From the IMG/VR virus record IMGVR_UViG_3300017763_003980: a stretch of 64,000 nucleotides of DNA; one strand, written 5' to 3'. A program made the translations under genes and the position numbers. The notes under the pieces are model-generated. The model was not told the origin of the DNA. It did no database searches and saw only the letters and a list, made by a program, of their open reading frames with translations. The stretch is from a virus (taxonomy: Duplodnaviria; Caudoviricetes). Below, piece after piece: positions 19,912 to 28,271 of this stretch (position 1 is its first letter; every line of letters starts with the position of its first letter).

Positions 19912-20682
19912 ATGATAAAAGATATATTTAGATCTAACACACAGCTTTTTCCGGTAGGGCAATTAGTAAGTACAATCACGTTGCTTTATATGCTATATCT
20001 TACAGCACTAGGCTCGGTTGCTCCACAATGGTGGTTAGCAAGTCTTGCGATGTATTTTTGCACAGGTTGTCTAGGAATTACTATTACATATCATAGATAT
20101 CTAACACATAGAAGCTTTAAGTATCGTTACAAATGGATGGAATATGTATTTTCGTTTTTTGGAGCGATGGGAGGTACAGGTAGTTCAATAGGTTGGGTAG
20201 CTGTGCATAATGAACATCATAAGCACACAGATAAAGATGGTGATCCTCATTCACCACACTTAGGTTTTTGGAATGTTATAATTCCAAGATATACATTTGA
20301 TATGAATAAATTTGCTGTAAGACACTTAGTAACTAACAAGTTTCATTTAGCACTACATAATTATTACTACTTAATAATGCTAGCTTGGATAGGACTACTA
20401 TATATAATAGGTGGCGCTAACTTATCTATATTTGTTGGTGTTATTCCGGTCGCAATTCAAATATGGGCAAGTGTAATGAGTAACTATGGTAATCATACTT
20501 GGGGATATAGGAATTTTGAGACTAAAGAAGAAAGCAAAAATACATGGTGGCTTGCAATATTAACTTTCGGAGAAGGATGGCACAATAATCATCATGCTAA
20601 ACCTGGTAGATGGAACTTTTCTCATAAATGGTGGGAAATAGATATGAGTGCTTGGGTTATACGATTATTAAAAACATCTTAA
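19912..20682 (+). CDS. membrane fatty-acid desaturase (delta-9 acyl-lipid/acyl-CoA type)
   Basis: His boxes HRYLTH, HNEHH, HNNHH; GDPHSP; GEGWHNNHH; hydrophobic segments. Confidence 0.9.
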   Translation: MIKDIFRSNTQLFPVGQLVSTITLLYMLYLTALGSVAPQWWLASLAMYFCTGCLGITITYHRYLTHRSFKYRYKWMEYVFSFFGAMGGTGSSIGWVAVHNEHHKHTDKDGDPHSPHLGFWNVIIPRYTFDMNKFAVRHLVTNKFHLALHNYYYLIMLAWIGLLYIIGGANLSIFVGVIPVAIQIWASVMSNYGNHTWGYRNFETKEESKNTWWLAILTFGEGWHNNHHAKPGRWNFSHKWWEIDMSAWVIRLLKTS

Positions 20683-20688
20683 TTAATA

Positions 20689-22152
20689 ATGTATCATGTT
20701 ATTATCTTTACAGGTATACTTCAAAGTCCCAGTTCTATCTTTAAACCCCTCGGCGCATATCGTATACGCACAGAACTAGAATCTCAAGGTTATAATGTAA
20801 AAGTTATAGACCATTATCATAATTTAACCGAAGAACATATACAAAAAGCATTTGAAAAATATGTTGGAAAAGAAACATTATGGGTCGGTTTTAGCACTAC
20901 CTTTCTAAATACAACAACTTTACTTGCAGACAGATCTCATTTTTATATGAGATTAAGAAAAAAATATAATGTTCCTATAGTTATTGGCGGCGCAAAAGCT
21001 ATGGTAGAATTTTTGCCATGGGCTGACATTTTCATTACTGGATATGCTGATGATGCAGTTGTATCTGTAACTAATCATTTAGCACAAAAAGGTAGCACTC
21101 CTAAATGGAAAGATTACAAAGGTAAAAAAATTATTGACAGCAATCATGAATATGATAGAAAAGATTTATCTAACATAGGAGTAGTTTGGAAAGCAGAAGA
21201 TGGTATAAGTCCAACTCAAGCACTACCTATGGAAATAGCTAGAGGTTGTATTTTTAATTGTGCGTTTTGTAATTTTCCGTTGAATAATAAATCTAAATTT
21301 GATTATGTTCGAGTAAAAGAAGATATGACAAACGAGTTTTTACGTAACTACGAACAATTCGGTACTACTTACTATTGTTTTATGGATGATACATATAATG
21401 ATAGCATGAAAAAATTAGAATTAATGCATGATGTAATAACTAATTTACCTTTCAAAATTAAGTTCGATACATATATTAAACCAGAATTATTAGCAACATG
21501 GCCCGACCAAGCTGATCTTTTAGTAGAAACTGGACTAGTAGGAGCAAGCTTAGGACTTGAAACACTTAACAGAGATGCAAGACAAGCTATCCAAAAGGGC
21601 AAGAATATAGAAAAAGTATTAGAATCTATTGATAAACTTAAAGAAAAGAATAACGGACAAGTAAAAATACAATGTAATATGATTGTAGGCCTTCCGCATG
21701 AATCAGCTCAAAGTATTTGGAAATCTCACGAACAAATTATTAATAATAAAAGCATTGATTGGTGGAACTGGTATCCATTACAAATACATTCAAAAGATCA
21801 TCATGAATATCATTCTCCTATCGATAGAAATCCAGAAAAGTTTGGCTACAAAATAAGTCAAACAAAATTAATAAAAAATAATAGGGTAGACACTAACTAT
21901 TGGCTTACAGACTGGAATAATGAACATATGAATTCTGACATGGCAGGAATGTTATCTGTGAAGTTGCGAAGTATGGCTCAACAACACGTTAAAGTAGCAG
22001 GATGGAACTGTAGTAGTTTTGAAAGTCTAGGATTAGACTTAGATGAACATTACAGTACGCATGAAGGATTAGTGCAAAATATGCCTATTGAAGATATGAA
22101 AATAAAAAAACAAAAAATAGTAGACGACTACATTCACAATGTAATAATGTAA
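20689..22152 (+). CDS. B12-binding radical SAM protein (class B methyltransferase-like)
   Basis: PLGAYRI...GYNVKVID N-terminal domain, IVIGG, EIARGCIFNCAFC, FMDDT, LGLET, IVGLPHE. Confidence 0.8.
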   Translation: MYHVIIFTGILQSPSSIFKPLGAYRIRTELESQGYNVKVIDHYHNLTEEHIQKAFEKYVGKETLWVGFSTTFLNTTTLLADRSHFYMRLRKKYNVPIVIGGAKAMVEFLPWADIFITGYADDAVVSVTNHLAQKGSTPKWKDYKGKKIIDSNHEYDRKDLSNIGVVWKAEDGISPTQALPMEIARGCIFNCAFCNFPLNNKSKFDYVRVKEDMTNEFLRNYEQFGTTYYCFMDDTYNDSMKKLELMHDVITNLPFKIKFDTYIKPELLATWPDQADLLVETGLVGASLGLETLNRDARQAIQKGKNIEKVLESIDKLKEKNNGQVKIQCNMIVGLPHESAQSIWKSHEQIINNKSIDWWNWYPLQIHSKDHHEYHSPIDRNPEKFGYKISQTKLIKNNRVDTNYWLTDWNNEHMNSDMAGMLSVKLRSMAQQHVKVAGWNCSSFESLGLDLDEHYSTHEGLVQNMPIEDMKIKKQKIVDDYIHNVIM

Positions 22153-22745
22153 TCTTTAAATTTCTTTAAGCTCATTTTTAAAATTTGACGATGCTTTATA
22201 ATATCTAACTCTCCAGAAATAGTCATAATTATTTTTCTGTCTGGATCAGTAGGCAAATCAGAAGCATGTAAGGCATCATAGTTATTTACAGCAAACCATT
22301 TTGTTAAATTGTTAGGATGTTTTATATACAATTTATCTTCAATATCTTTATCTTTTTGAAAATACATTAACGGTTTATCGTATACCATGAATGCTTTATA
22401 AGAGTCTGGTTGATCATTACTATTAATTGTTGCCTGTGAAGTCCTATCTCGGTGTAGCATACAAGGTATTTTTTGTTCTAAAAAATTTATATATGTAATA
22501 TCAGTAAATGGCAAATAATTTTCTACTATATGTTTTAAATTAGGTATTACCTTTAGTAGACTTTCATTCCATCCACTTTCTTTTTGGTATGCAAAACTTA
22601 CCAACCAAGGAGAAATAAAATCTTTTGTACAATGTCCAATGTTGTTTGTAGTACGTTTACGATTAGCTTCATGCCATGTTATAAATTGTTGCCTGTCAAA
22701 CTCGACCTCCGGTAAGTTAATTGGAGTATATAAAGCTAGTACCAT
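22134..22745 (-). CDS. 2OG-Fe(II) oxygenase-like protein
   Basis: MLHRD (HxD) ... NNYDALHAS, RKII. Confidence 0.55.
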   Translation of the reverse strand: MVLALYTPINLPEVEFDRQQFITWHEANRKRTTNNIGHCTKDFISPWLVSFAYQKESGWNESLLKVIPNLKHIVENYLPFTDITYINFLEQKIPCMLHRDRTSQATINSNDQPDSYKAFMVYDKPLMYFQKDKDIEDKLYIKHPNNLTKWFAVNNYDALHASDLPTDPDRKIIMTISGELDIIKHRQILKMSLKKFKDYIITL

Positions 22746-23443
22746 ATTTGGTATTCCTTATGCTTTTGTGTACTATCATTAAATAGTTTATATAATCTCT
22801 CCTTATCATATTCTCCTATTATCACACAGGTTATTCTACTACCAGTTGGAGTAGGATTTTCATCTAAGCCATGCCATGCTCTATAACTGTTAAGCATCCA
22901 GGCACATCGATCTTTCGGAAATTTAGCATAAATTTTTTCATCTCTACAAAAGTCTAAATGATTGCGCCTTTCTTTCAAAGGAGTACCGTCATCATCTTCC
23001 ATAGTACGTATCCTATGATTATGTGGTTCCTTCATCCTACTAAAGTAGAGTGCTTCCTTTGTTTTATTTTTTAAATAAAATCTCATCCCCCAACAATCGT
23101 CTGGATCACTATGCGGTGCAACTTTTGCTCCTCCAATTTGATTCAGGAAGCTTATACTTTTCATTTGTTTGAATGGAAATAAATTTAGATATTCAACTAA
23201 TTCTGGAAAGCGTTTATCAAATCCACATATCCAAGGCTCCTCAGTTTTATATGTATTCCACCATTTAGCCCAACTTATATGCCAACAATATCCTCCGTAT
23301 AAATTTGTACTGTTAACTTTATTTTGATTGTGTTTAAGCATGTAAGATTTTTGTTCGCTATGCCATGCTACAAACTCATCCATATCAACCTCAGGTGGGC
23401 CAGGGAGGTCTAGTGGCGAGAATATTAAATTTTTCCAATCCAT
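22736..23443 (-). CDS. 2OG-Fe(II) oxygenase (AspH-like)
   Basis: VAPHSD (HxD) ... NSYRAWHG, SRITC. Confidence 0.6.
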   Translation of the reverse strand: MDWKNLIFSPLDLPGPPEVDMDEFVAWHSEQKSYMLKHNQNKVNSTNLYGGYCWHISWAKWWNTYKTEEPWICGFDKRFPELVEYLNLFPFKQMKSISFLNQIGGAKVAPHSDPDDCWGMRFYLKNKTKEALYFSRMKEPHNHRIRTMEDDDGTPLKERRNHLDFCRDEKIYAKFPKDRCAWMLNSYRAWHGLDENPTPTGSRITCVIIGEYDKERLYKLFNDSTQKHKEYQIWY

Positions 23444-24118
23444 TTATTTCTTTCTACCAAATATTCTTATTTGTACTCTAGGTGAAAATATTTCTGTTGT
23501 ACAGTGCGGCAAACTATCGTCGAAGTGCCAGCATTTATATTTTGATTCGTCTACTTCAAACATTTCATTGCCTACTCTATACTGTAAGTGGCCGCCTCCG
23601 TCAGAAACATTTAGCGTGATAGCAACACCGCCATTTTTAAAGTATAACAAATTATCTCTATGTCTAGCATCGGCATGTACTATACCTTTGCTAGGTGGAG
23701 TTTGGCCTACAAGCCTAACACAACTAATGTATTCTAAATTAAATTTATTAACAATGTCAATCAAGCTTTGTGGCGCATCATCTTTCCAAGTCCATGCAGT
23801 ATCATATACATGCCATATAGGACTTCTTCCTCTAAATGTTTCCAAGTAACATGTATTTGAAGTTTCTGGTATACCCGGTATATGTGTGAAGTTATAGTTT
23901 ACAAATGTTTTATATTTGTTTTCTACTAAGTTACGATTGTCATCATAATGAGTTACATCATCGTACTTTTCAAAATAACCATCTTTGTCATAATTACTTC
24001 GTCCGTCAGTGTAAATAACTGTAGCAAGAAAGCTTTCGTCAAACATATTTGTTGACATTAGATCGTTATAAAGGCTTTGTTGATCAAAGTCAACATCTAT
24101 AGGTTCAAAAGCATTCAT
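23444..24118 (-). CDS. 2OG-Fe(II) oxygenase-like protein
   Basis: IVHAD ... FDDSLPHC, RVQIR; start moved to ATG 24118. Confidence 0.6.
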   Translation of the reverse strand: MNAFEPIDVDFDQQSLYNDLMSTNMFDESFLATVIYTDGRSNYDKDGYFEKYDDVTHYDDNRNLVENKYKTFVNYNFTHIPGIPETSNTCYLETFRGRSPIWHVYDTAWTWKDDAPQSLIDIVNKFNLEYISCVRLVGQTPPSKGIVHADARHRDNLLYFKNGGVAITLNVSDGGGHLQYRVGNEMFEVDESKYKCWHFDDSLPHCTTEIFSPRVQIRIFGRKK

Positions 24119-24123
24119 AATAA

Positions 24124-24130
24124 TACTTAT
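24124..24130 (-). promoter_or_regulatory. late-promoter-like box ATAAGTA, 5 nt before ATG 24118
   Basis: Same spacing as the other ATAAATA-N5-ATG sites. Confidence 0.45.
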
Positions 24131-24142
24131 CTGGAAGTCTTT

Positions 24143-25018
24143 ATGTCTATAAACTATCTGACACACAATAATTATTTTACTACATCTGGTCACGGAAAAG
24201 ACTGGACAGTACATTTAAAATCAGTTACACAAACGCCTAATTCTTGGTTTACTGAAAGTATAAGGTCGGCACAACTAATTAAAGAATCTGCAGATAGTCC
24301 TTTAGTGCTATTATTCAGCGGTGGACTAGATAGTGAATACATGCTTAATATTTTTAGACATGCTGGAATAGATTTTAAAGTTGCAATTATTAGCTATGGT
24401 GATTATAACATACACGACAATAAGCATGCATTCGAATATTGCAAAGCACACGGTATTGAACCTATAGTTATAGATATAGATATGGATTGGTTTATAAACA
24501 GCGGGAAAATAATTGAAATAGCTAATTTAGCTAAATGCTGTGCTTACCAAATTCCTAGTATTATGCACGGAATATCACAAATAGACGGCACAGTTATAAT
24601 GGCCAACGGAGAACCATATGTAAAAAACTTTGATGGAGATTGGCGCTGGGAAGAAACTGAACGTGTAAACAGCTATATGAATTGGTTTTCTTTGTTGCAT
24701 CTTGAAGGCACTCCAGATTTTCTAAGATACACTCCAGAAATGACAGTAAGTTTTTTAATGGAACCTAGAGTAATACAGCTAGTAAATAATGAACATCCTG
24801 GCAAGCTTAGTACTCGTACAAGTAAACATATGATATATACCCAGCACTTAAAAATGTCTAAACGAGCAAAATTTACAGGTTGGGAAAAACTAGAAAAACT
24901 TCCAATAATGCAACATGAATTATTTAAAGAATTTGATTTATTGAAAGAAAAGTATAATGGAGTTTTTGAACTAGGTTATAACGACCTTGTTGATGAGCTG
25001 TTAAAGTACGGAACCTGA
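24143..25018 (+). CDS. PP-loop (adenine nucleotide alpha hydrolase) ATPase-like protein
   Basis: LLFSGGLDSE PP-loop; start moved to ATG 24143. Confidence 0.65.
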   Translation: MSINYLTHNNYFTTSGHGKDWTVHLKSVTQTPNSWFTESIRSAQLIKESADSPLVLLFSGGLDSEYMLNIFRHAGIDFKVAIISYGDYNIHDNKHAFEYCKAHGIEPIVIDIDMDWFINSGKIIEIANLAKCCAYQIPSIMHGISQIDGTVIMANGEPYVKNFDGDWRWEETERVNSYMNWFSLLHLEGTPDFLRYTPEMTVSFLMEPRVIQLVNNEHPGKLSTRTSKHMIYTQHLKMSKRAKFTGWEKLEKLPIMQHELFKEFDLLKEKYNGVFELGYNDLVDELLKYGT

Positions 25019-25414
25019 GACACCAGATCCATTTTCGTAGTTAGGATCTAATTCTGTTTTCCTTGCATGTTCTACATACGTTTCATCTCGTTCAGCAGCA
25101 AAAGTAGCAAATTCATCAAACGTTATATCTTCTACAATTGTGTCTACGTGCCCTGTTGCTGATTCTAGATAAGCACGATGAGGAGCAAAATTACTTACTG
25201 ATGTTTCCGAGTCTAAAATAAACACACAATTAATATTTTCGCCTTCGTGTTCATAATTTCTAAACCAAATGTCACCGTTTTCAGTCATAGTTTTTAGGCC
25301 ATTAAACATATTGGCATATGCTGTTTTGTCATTATCTAATTCATCAATAATTTCAGTAACAAATTGTGTAATACGTCTTCCATTATGCGGATATCTAATA
25401 GTGACTTTTTTCAT
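25001..25414 (-). CDS. hypothetical protein
   Basis: 137 aa ORF with AAGGAG RBS. Confidence 0.7.
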   Translation of the reverse strand: MKKVTIRYPHNGRRITQFVTEIIDELDNDKTAYANMFNGLKTMTENGDIWFRNYEHEGENINCVFILDSETSVSNFAPHRAYLESATGHVDTIVEDITFDEFATFAAERDETYVEHARKTELDPNYENGSGVSGSVL

Positions 25415-25432
25415 GTTTACTCCTTATGCTAG

Positions 25433-25449
25433 TATTTATCAGTTAAATA
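25433..25449. promoter_or_regulatory. back-to-back late-promoter-like boxes
   Basis: ATAAATA on minus (25433-25439) and TTAAATA on plus (25443-25449, 5 nt before ATG 25455). Confidence 0.5.
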
Positions 25450-25454
25450 TATTT

Positions 25455-26153
25455 ATGTTAAACAAATTAGGATATGAAATATTAAGTAATGCATTCGATC
25501 CAACTGCATTACTTTCTGCGAGTAATGATGTGCTAGAAAAAAGAACTCAATCGTTTATATACGAAAATGATGGAAGTATAAGAAGTGTATTCGCACCACA
25601 TTGGTATAACAAGGATGTGAAAGATTTTGTATACGATAATCCAGCAATAGCTAATGTAAAAGAAGTATTAGTTGATGATATTTATGTACATCAAGTACAC
25701 TTTAATTATAAGCTAGCAGGGGTCGGTGGCGAGTATGCATGGCACAGTGATTATACATATTGGCATCATTATGACGGTATGCCAAATCCAGATGCTATTA
25801 GTGTATTGTATCTTTTAGATGATATGACTAGTATAAATGGGCCACTAGAAGTATTAGAAGGTAGTCATCTGGATCCTGTTGAAGAACCACCAAAAGGCAA
25901 CTGGACTATAAAGCATAATAGCACAGAGATACCTAATAATACACCGTCTAAGAACGCATATAAGCGTCATACAGTAACAGGCAAAGCTGGGGATATCATA
26001 TTGATGCATGCAAATTTAAAGCATGCTAGCACGGCAAATAAGAGCCATAAAAATAGAAAAGTGCTATTTGTATGCTATAATACGGTAAAAAACGCCACGA
26101 CAGGCGCCGTAAGACCTGATTATATTACACTAAAAGATTTTACGCCTGTTTAA
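25455..26153 (+). CDS. phytanoyl-CoA dioxygenase/EctD-like 2OG-Fe(II) hydroxylase
   Basis: YAWHSDYTYWHHYDGMP, LDD..SINGPLEVLEGSH, LKHAS..N, RKV; start ATG 25455. Confidence 0.8.
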   Translation: MLNKLGYEILSNAFDPTALLSASNDVLEKRTQSFIYENDGSIRSVFAPHWYNKDVKDFVYDNPAIANVKEVLVDDIYVHQVHFNYKLAGVGGEYAWHSDYTYWHHYDGMPNPDAISVLYLLDDMTSINGPLEVLEGSHLDPVEEPPKGNWTIKHNSTEIPNNTPSKNAYKRHTVTGKAGDIILMHANLKHASTANKSHKNRKVLFVCYNTVKNATTGAVRPDYITLKDFTPV

Positions 26154-27285
26154 CTACGTTGATGTGTGCTAGTACGTTTTTCCACTTTAACTCGGCATCT
26201 AAGAGCCTTTTATCTGTAGTTATAGCGTAACCATTTAATCCGACTAGCATATCCAAACGTCTAAGATATTGTTGTGAATTAGGCATGGATAGTTCATTAT
26301 ATTCAGCACCTTCCTTCATGCTTATATTGTATTTTCCTTTTTCAAGATTGAAGTGTCTGAATACTACAGCTTTGTCTAGTTGTACTCTAAGGTCTGATTT
26401 GCATGTAATACTATCCATTACAATTCTATTGTAATCACAGTCTGCTGAATATTTTATTATAGTTTGTCCACTAGTGCTTAACCTTGGACTAAAATCTACT
26501 AGATAAGGTACTTCATCTCTAACAACAAAGTCAGCCATAAAAGGACCATTATCGTATCCTATGCTTTCGCACATTATTCTGCAATATTCTTTTATATCTG
26601 ATTGTACTGGTGTGCTAGATTTACTAGGCCATGTGAATCCTGTTTCTGCTCTATATGGAAGATCACTTATTTCAATATCATATATACAGTCTAAAATAAA
26701 TTTCCCATTTACTATTCTGCCCGATACACTTACTGTTGGTCCTTCTATATATTCTTGGAATATATAACCTGCATCTAAATCATTATAGTGTATGTCATCT
26801 AAAAAATAACGGTATTGACTCCAATTTTCAAGAACCTTTATACCGATGCCGCCTGTACCGTTTGCAGGTTTTGCTACTACAGGGAATGTTTTACGTAAAG
26901 ATGTGTGAGTCATTGGTACTGGTATACCAATATTGTAAGCATGTGCAGTATAATTTTCTTTGTTTGATAGTATATTACATTGTTCTTTTGTGATACCGAC
27001 TAGGTCGTGTATGTAAGGAAGCAACATGTCGTTATATAAGGGAAATATATAATCTATATTATTTTCATTTATAATTTTACGTAACTGATTAGCAAGGTCT
27101 GATCTATCTTTAGCTTTAATAGCATAGTGTTCTATACCGTCAGGAACACTAGGTATCATTTTATCTAGCAATGGAAATTGAGAGTTAGTATTTGCTTGCC
27201 AAGTACATAGTTTGTAATTTGTTAGTTCTTGTAGGGTATACCTTAAATTATTGCTTTGGTAATTTATAATTACTTTAGGCTCCAT
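26140..27285 (-). CDS. ATP-grasp ligase
   Basis: VVAKPANGTGGIGI, IFQEYIEG, FMADF, LVDFSPRLS. Confidence 0.8.
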   Translation of the reverse strand: MEPKVIINYQSNNLRYTLQELTNYKLCTWQANTNSQFPLLDKMIPSVPDGIEHYAIKAKDRSDLANQLRKIINENNIDYIFPLYNDMLLPYIHDLVGITKEQCNILSNKENYTAHAYNIGIPVPMTHTSLRKTFPVVAKPANGTGGIGIKVLENWSQYRYFLDDIHYNDLDAGYIFQEYIEGPTVSVSGRIVNGKFILDCIYDIEISDLPYRAETGFTWPSKSSTPVQSDIKEYCRIMCESIGYDNGPFMADFVVRDEVPYLVDFSPRLSTSGQTIIKYSADCDYNRIVMDSITCKSDLRVQLDKAVVFRHFNLEKGKYNISMKEGAEYNELSMPNSQQYLRRLDMLVGLNGYAITTDKRLLDAELKWKNVLAHINVVKQA

Positions 27286-27895
27286 AAGTAATTTTATCCC
27301 TCATAATAGTATTGGTATACTTTATTTTCATAGTAATAAATCTTATAGTAGAATCATATGGTAAGGGTTTGTTGCCTAAGCAATAGTCATACAACTTATT
27401 ACCAGTTAAATGGCCAGCTTTGACAAAAGCAGCATCTGTAACATTATATTTTTCTTCATATATTGAAGCATACTTCTTACCATACTTTGAAACATCTAAG
27501 CCTTGTACATTATGTGTATTTCTTTCTTTGTTTGCTCTTTCAATGTCTTCACTGCGTACCCAAAAAAATCCCCATTTGCCTCGAGACTCACATTCATTTA
27601 ATTGGAATTGCATTACTTTCAAAATGTTTCTAAAATTAGCAAAATGGCTTTGGTCTTTTCTTGCCAGTAATGTATCACATAACACCCACGGCATATTTGG
27701 TAAATCTTCGCCTGCAACAATTGCTTGTATTTCTTTATTTTTTAATACAGCATAAATGTGTCTATTAGGTTCTATAAATTTTATATTTTGCCAATGAAAA
27801 TCGTTCTGTAAATTATGTGATTTAATTTGGTCGTTTATAAAATTAAAGAATAAATCTTTATGATCAGGCGTTAATTTGATACATTCATCAATCAT
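27275..27895 (-). CDS. hypothetical protein (possibly GNAT-like)
   Basis: 206 aa ORF coupled between panD and the ATP-grasp gene; HIYAV...IQAIVAG pattern only weakly GNAT-like. Confidence 0.55.
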   Translation of the reverse strand: MIDECIKLTPDHKDLFFNFINDQIKSHNLQNDFHWQNIKFIEPNRHIYAVLKNKEIQAIVAGEDLPNMPWVLCDTLLARKDQSHFANFRNILKVMQFQLNECESRGKWGFFWVRSEDIERANKERNTHNVQGLDVSKYGKKYASIYEEKYNVTDAAFVKAGHLTGNKLYDYCLGNKPLPYDSTIRFITMKIKYTNTIMRDKITYGA

Positions 27896-28232
27896 AGTTT
27901 ATAGTCTTTTCAATAGTATTGTACTTATTTGTGTATATTACTGTAGCTCCATCAAATTGAAAAGAAGTAGTATAACTAAGGACTACACATGGATCTCCTA
28001 TTTCGCCTAATCTTGCACCACCGCCGTTTAGTTCAAACACACCTTTGTTTCCTGGAATTACATATGTAGTCCAACGGTCACCGGTATTCATATTTACAAT
28101 ATCAACTTTTTGATACGGATCAAGATCAACTTTAGACATTAAATCACGACAGATAGTTACACTACCATCGTAGTCTAACGATTTATCAGTAACATGAATA
28201 TTTTGAATTTTAGATTGGATATACTCTCTCAT
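27888..28232 (-). CDS. panD: aspartate 1-decarboxylase (pyruvoyl-dependent)
   Basis: SKIQNIHVTDKSLDYDG|SVTI self-cleavage site, NMNTGDRWTTYVI, LNGGGAR, GD..VVLSY. Confidence 0.92.
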   Translation of the reverse strand: MREYIQSKIQNIHVTDKSLDYDGSVTICRDLMSKVDLDPYQKVDIVNMNTGDRWTTYVIPGNKGVFELNGGGARLGEIGDPCVVLSYTTSFQFDGATVIYTNKYNTIEKTINYD

Positions 28233-28238
28233 AGTACT

Positions 28239-28267
28239 ATTGTACTATAAAAAATTTGTGTTGTCAA
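28239..28267 (-). promoter_or_regulatory. sigma70-type promoter of the panD operon (leaderless)
   Basis: TTGACA-N17-TACAAT; -10 ends 6 nt before the panD ATG. Confidence 0.7.
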
Positions 28268-28271
28268 CCTA

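Noticed and set aside
24143-25018. Calling the SGGLDS protein QueC
   Set aside because: It lacks the QueC C-terminal Zn-binding Cys cluster and lies more than 15 kb from folE/queE; kept only as a hypothesis
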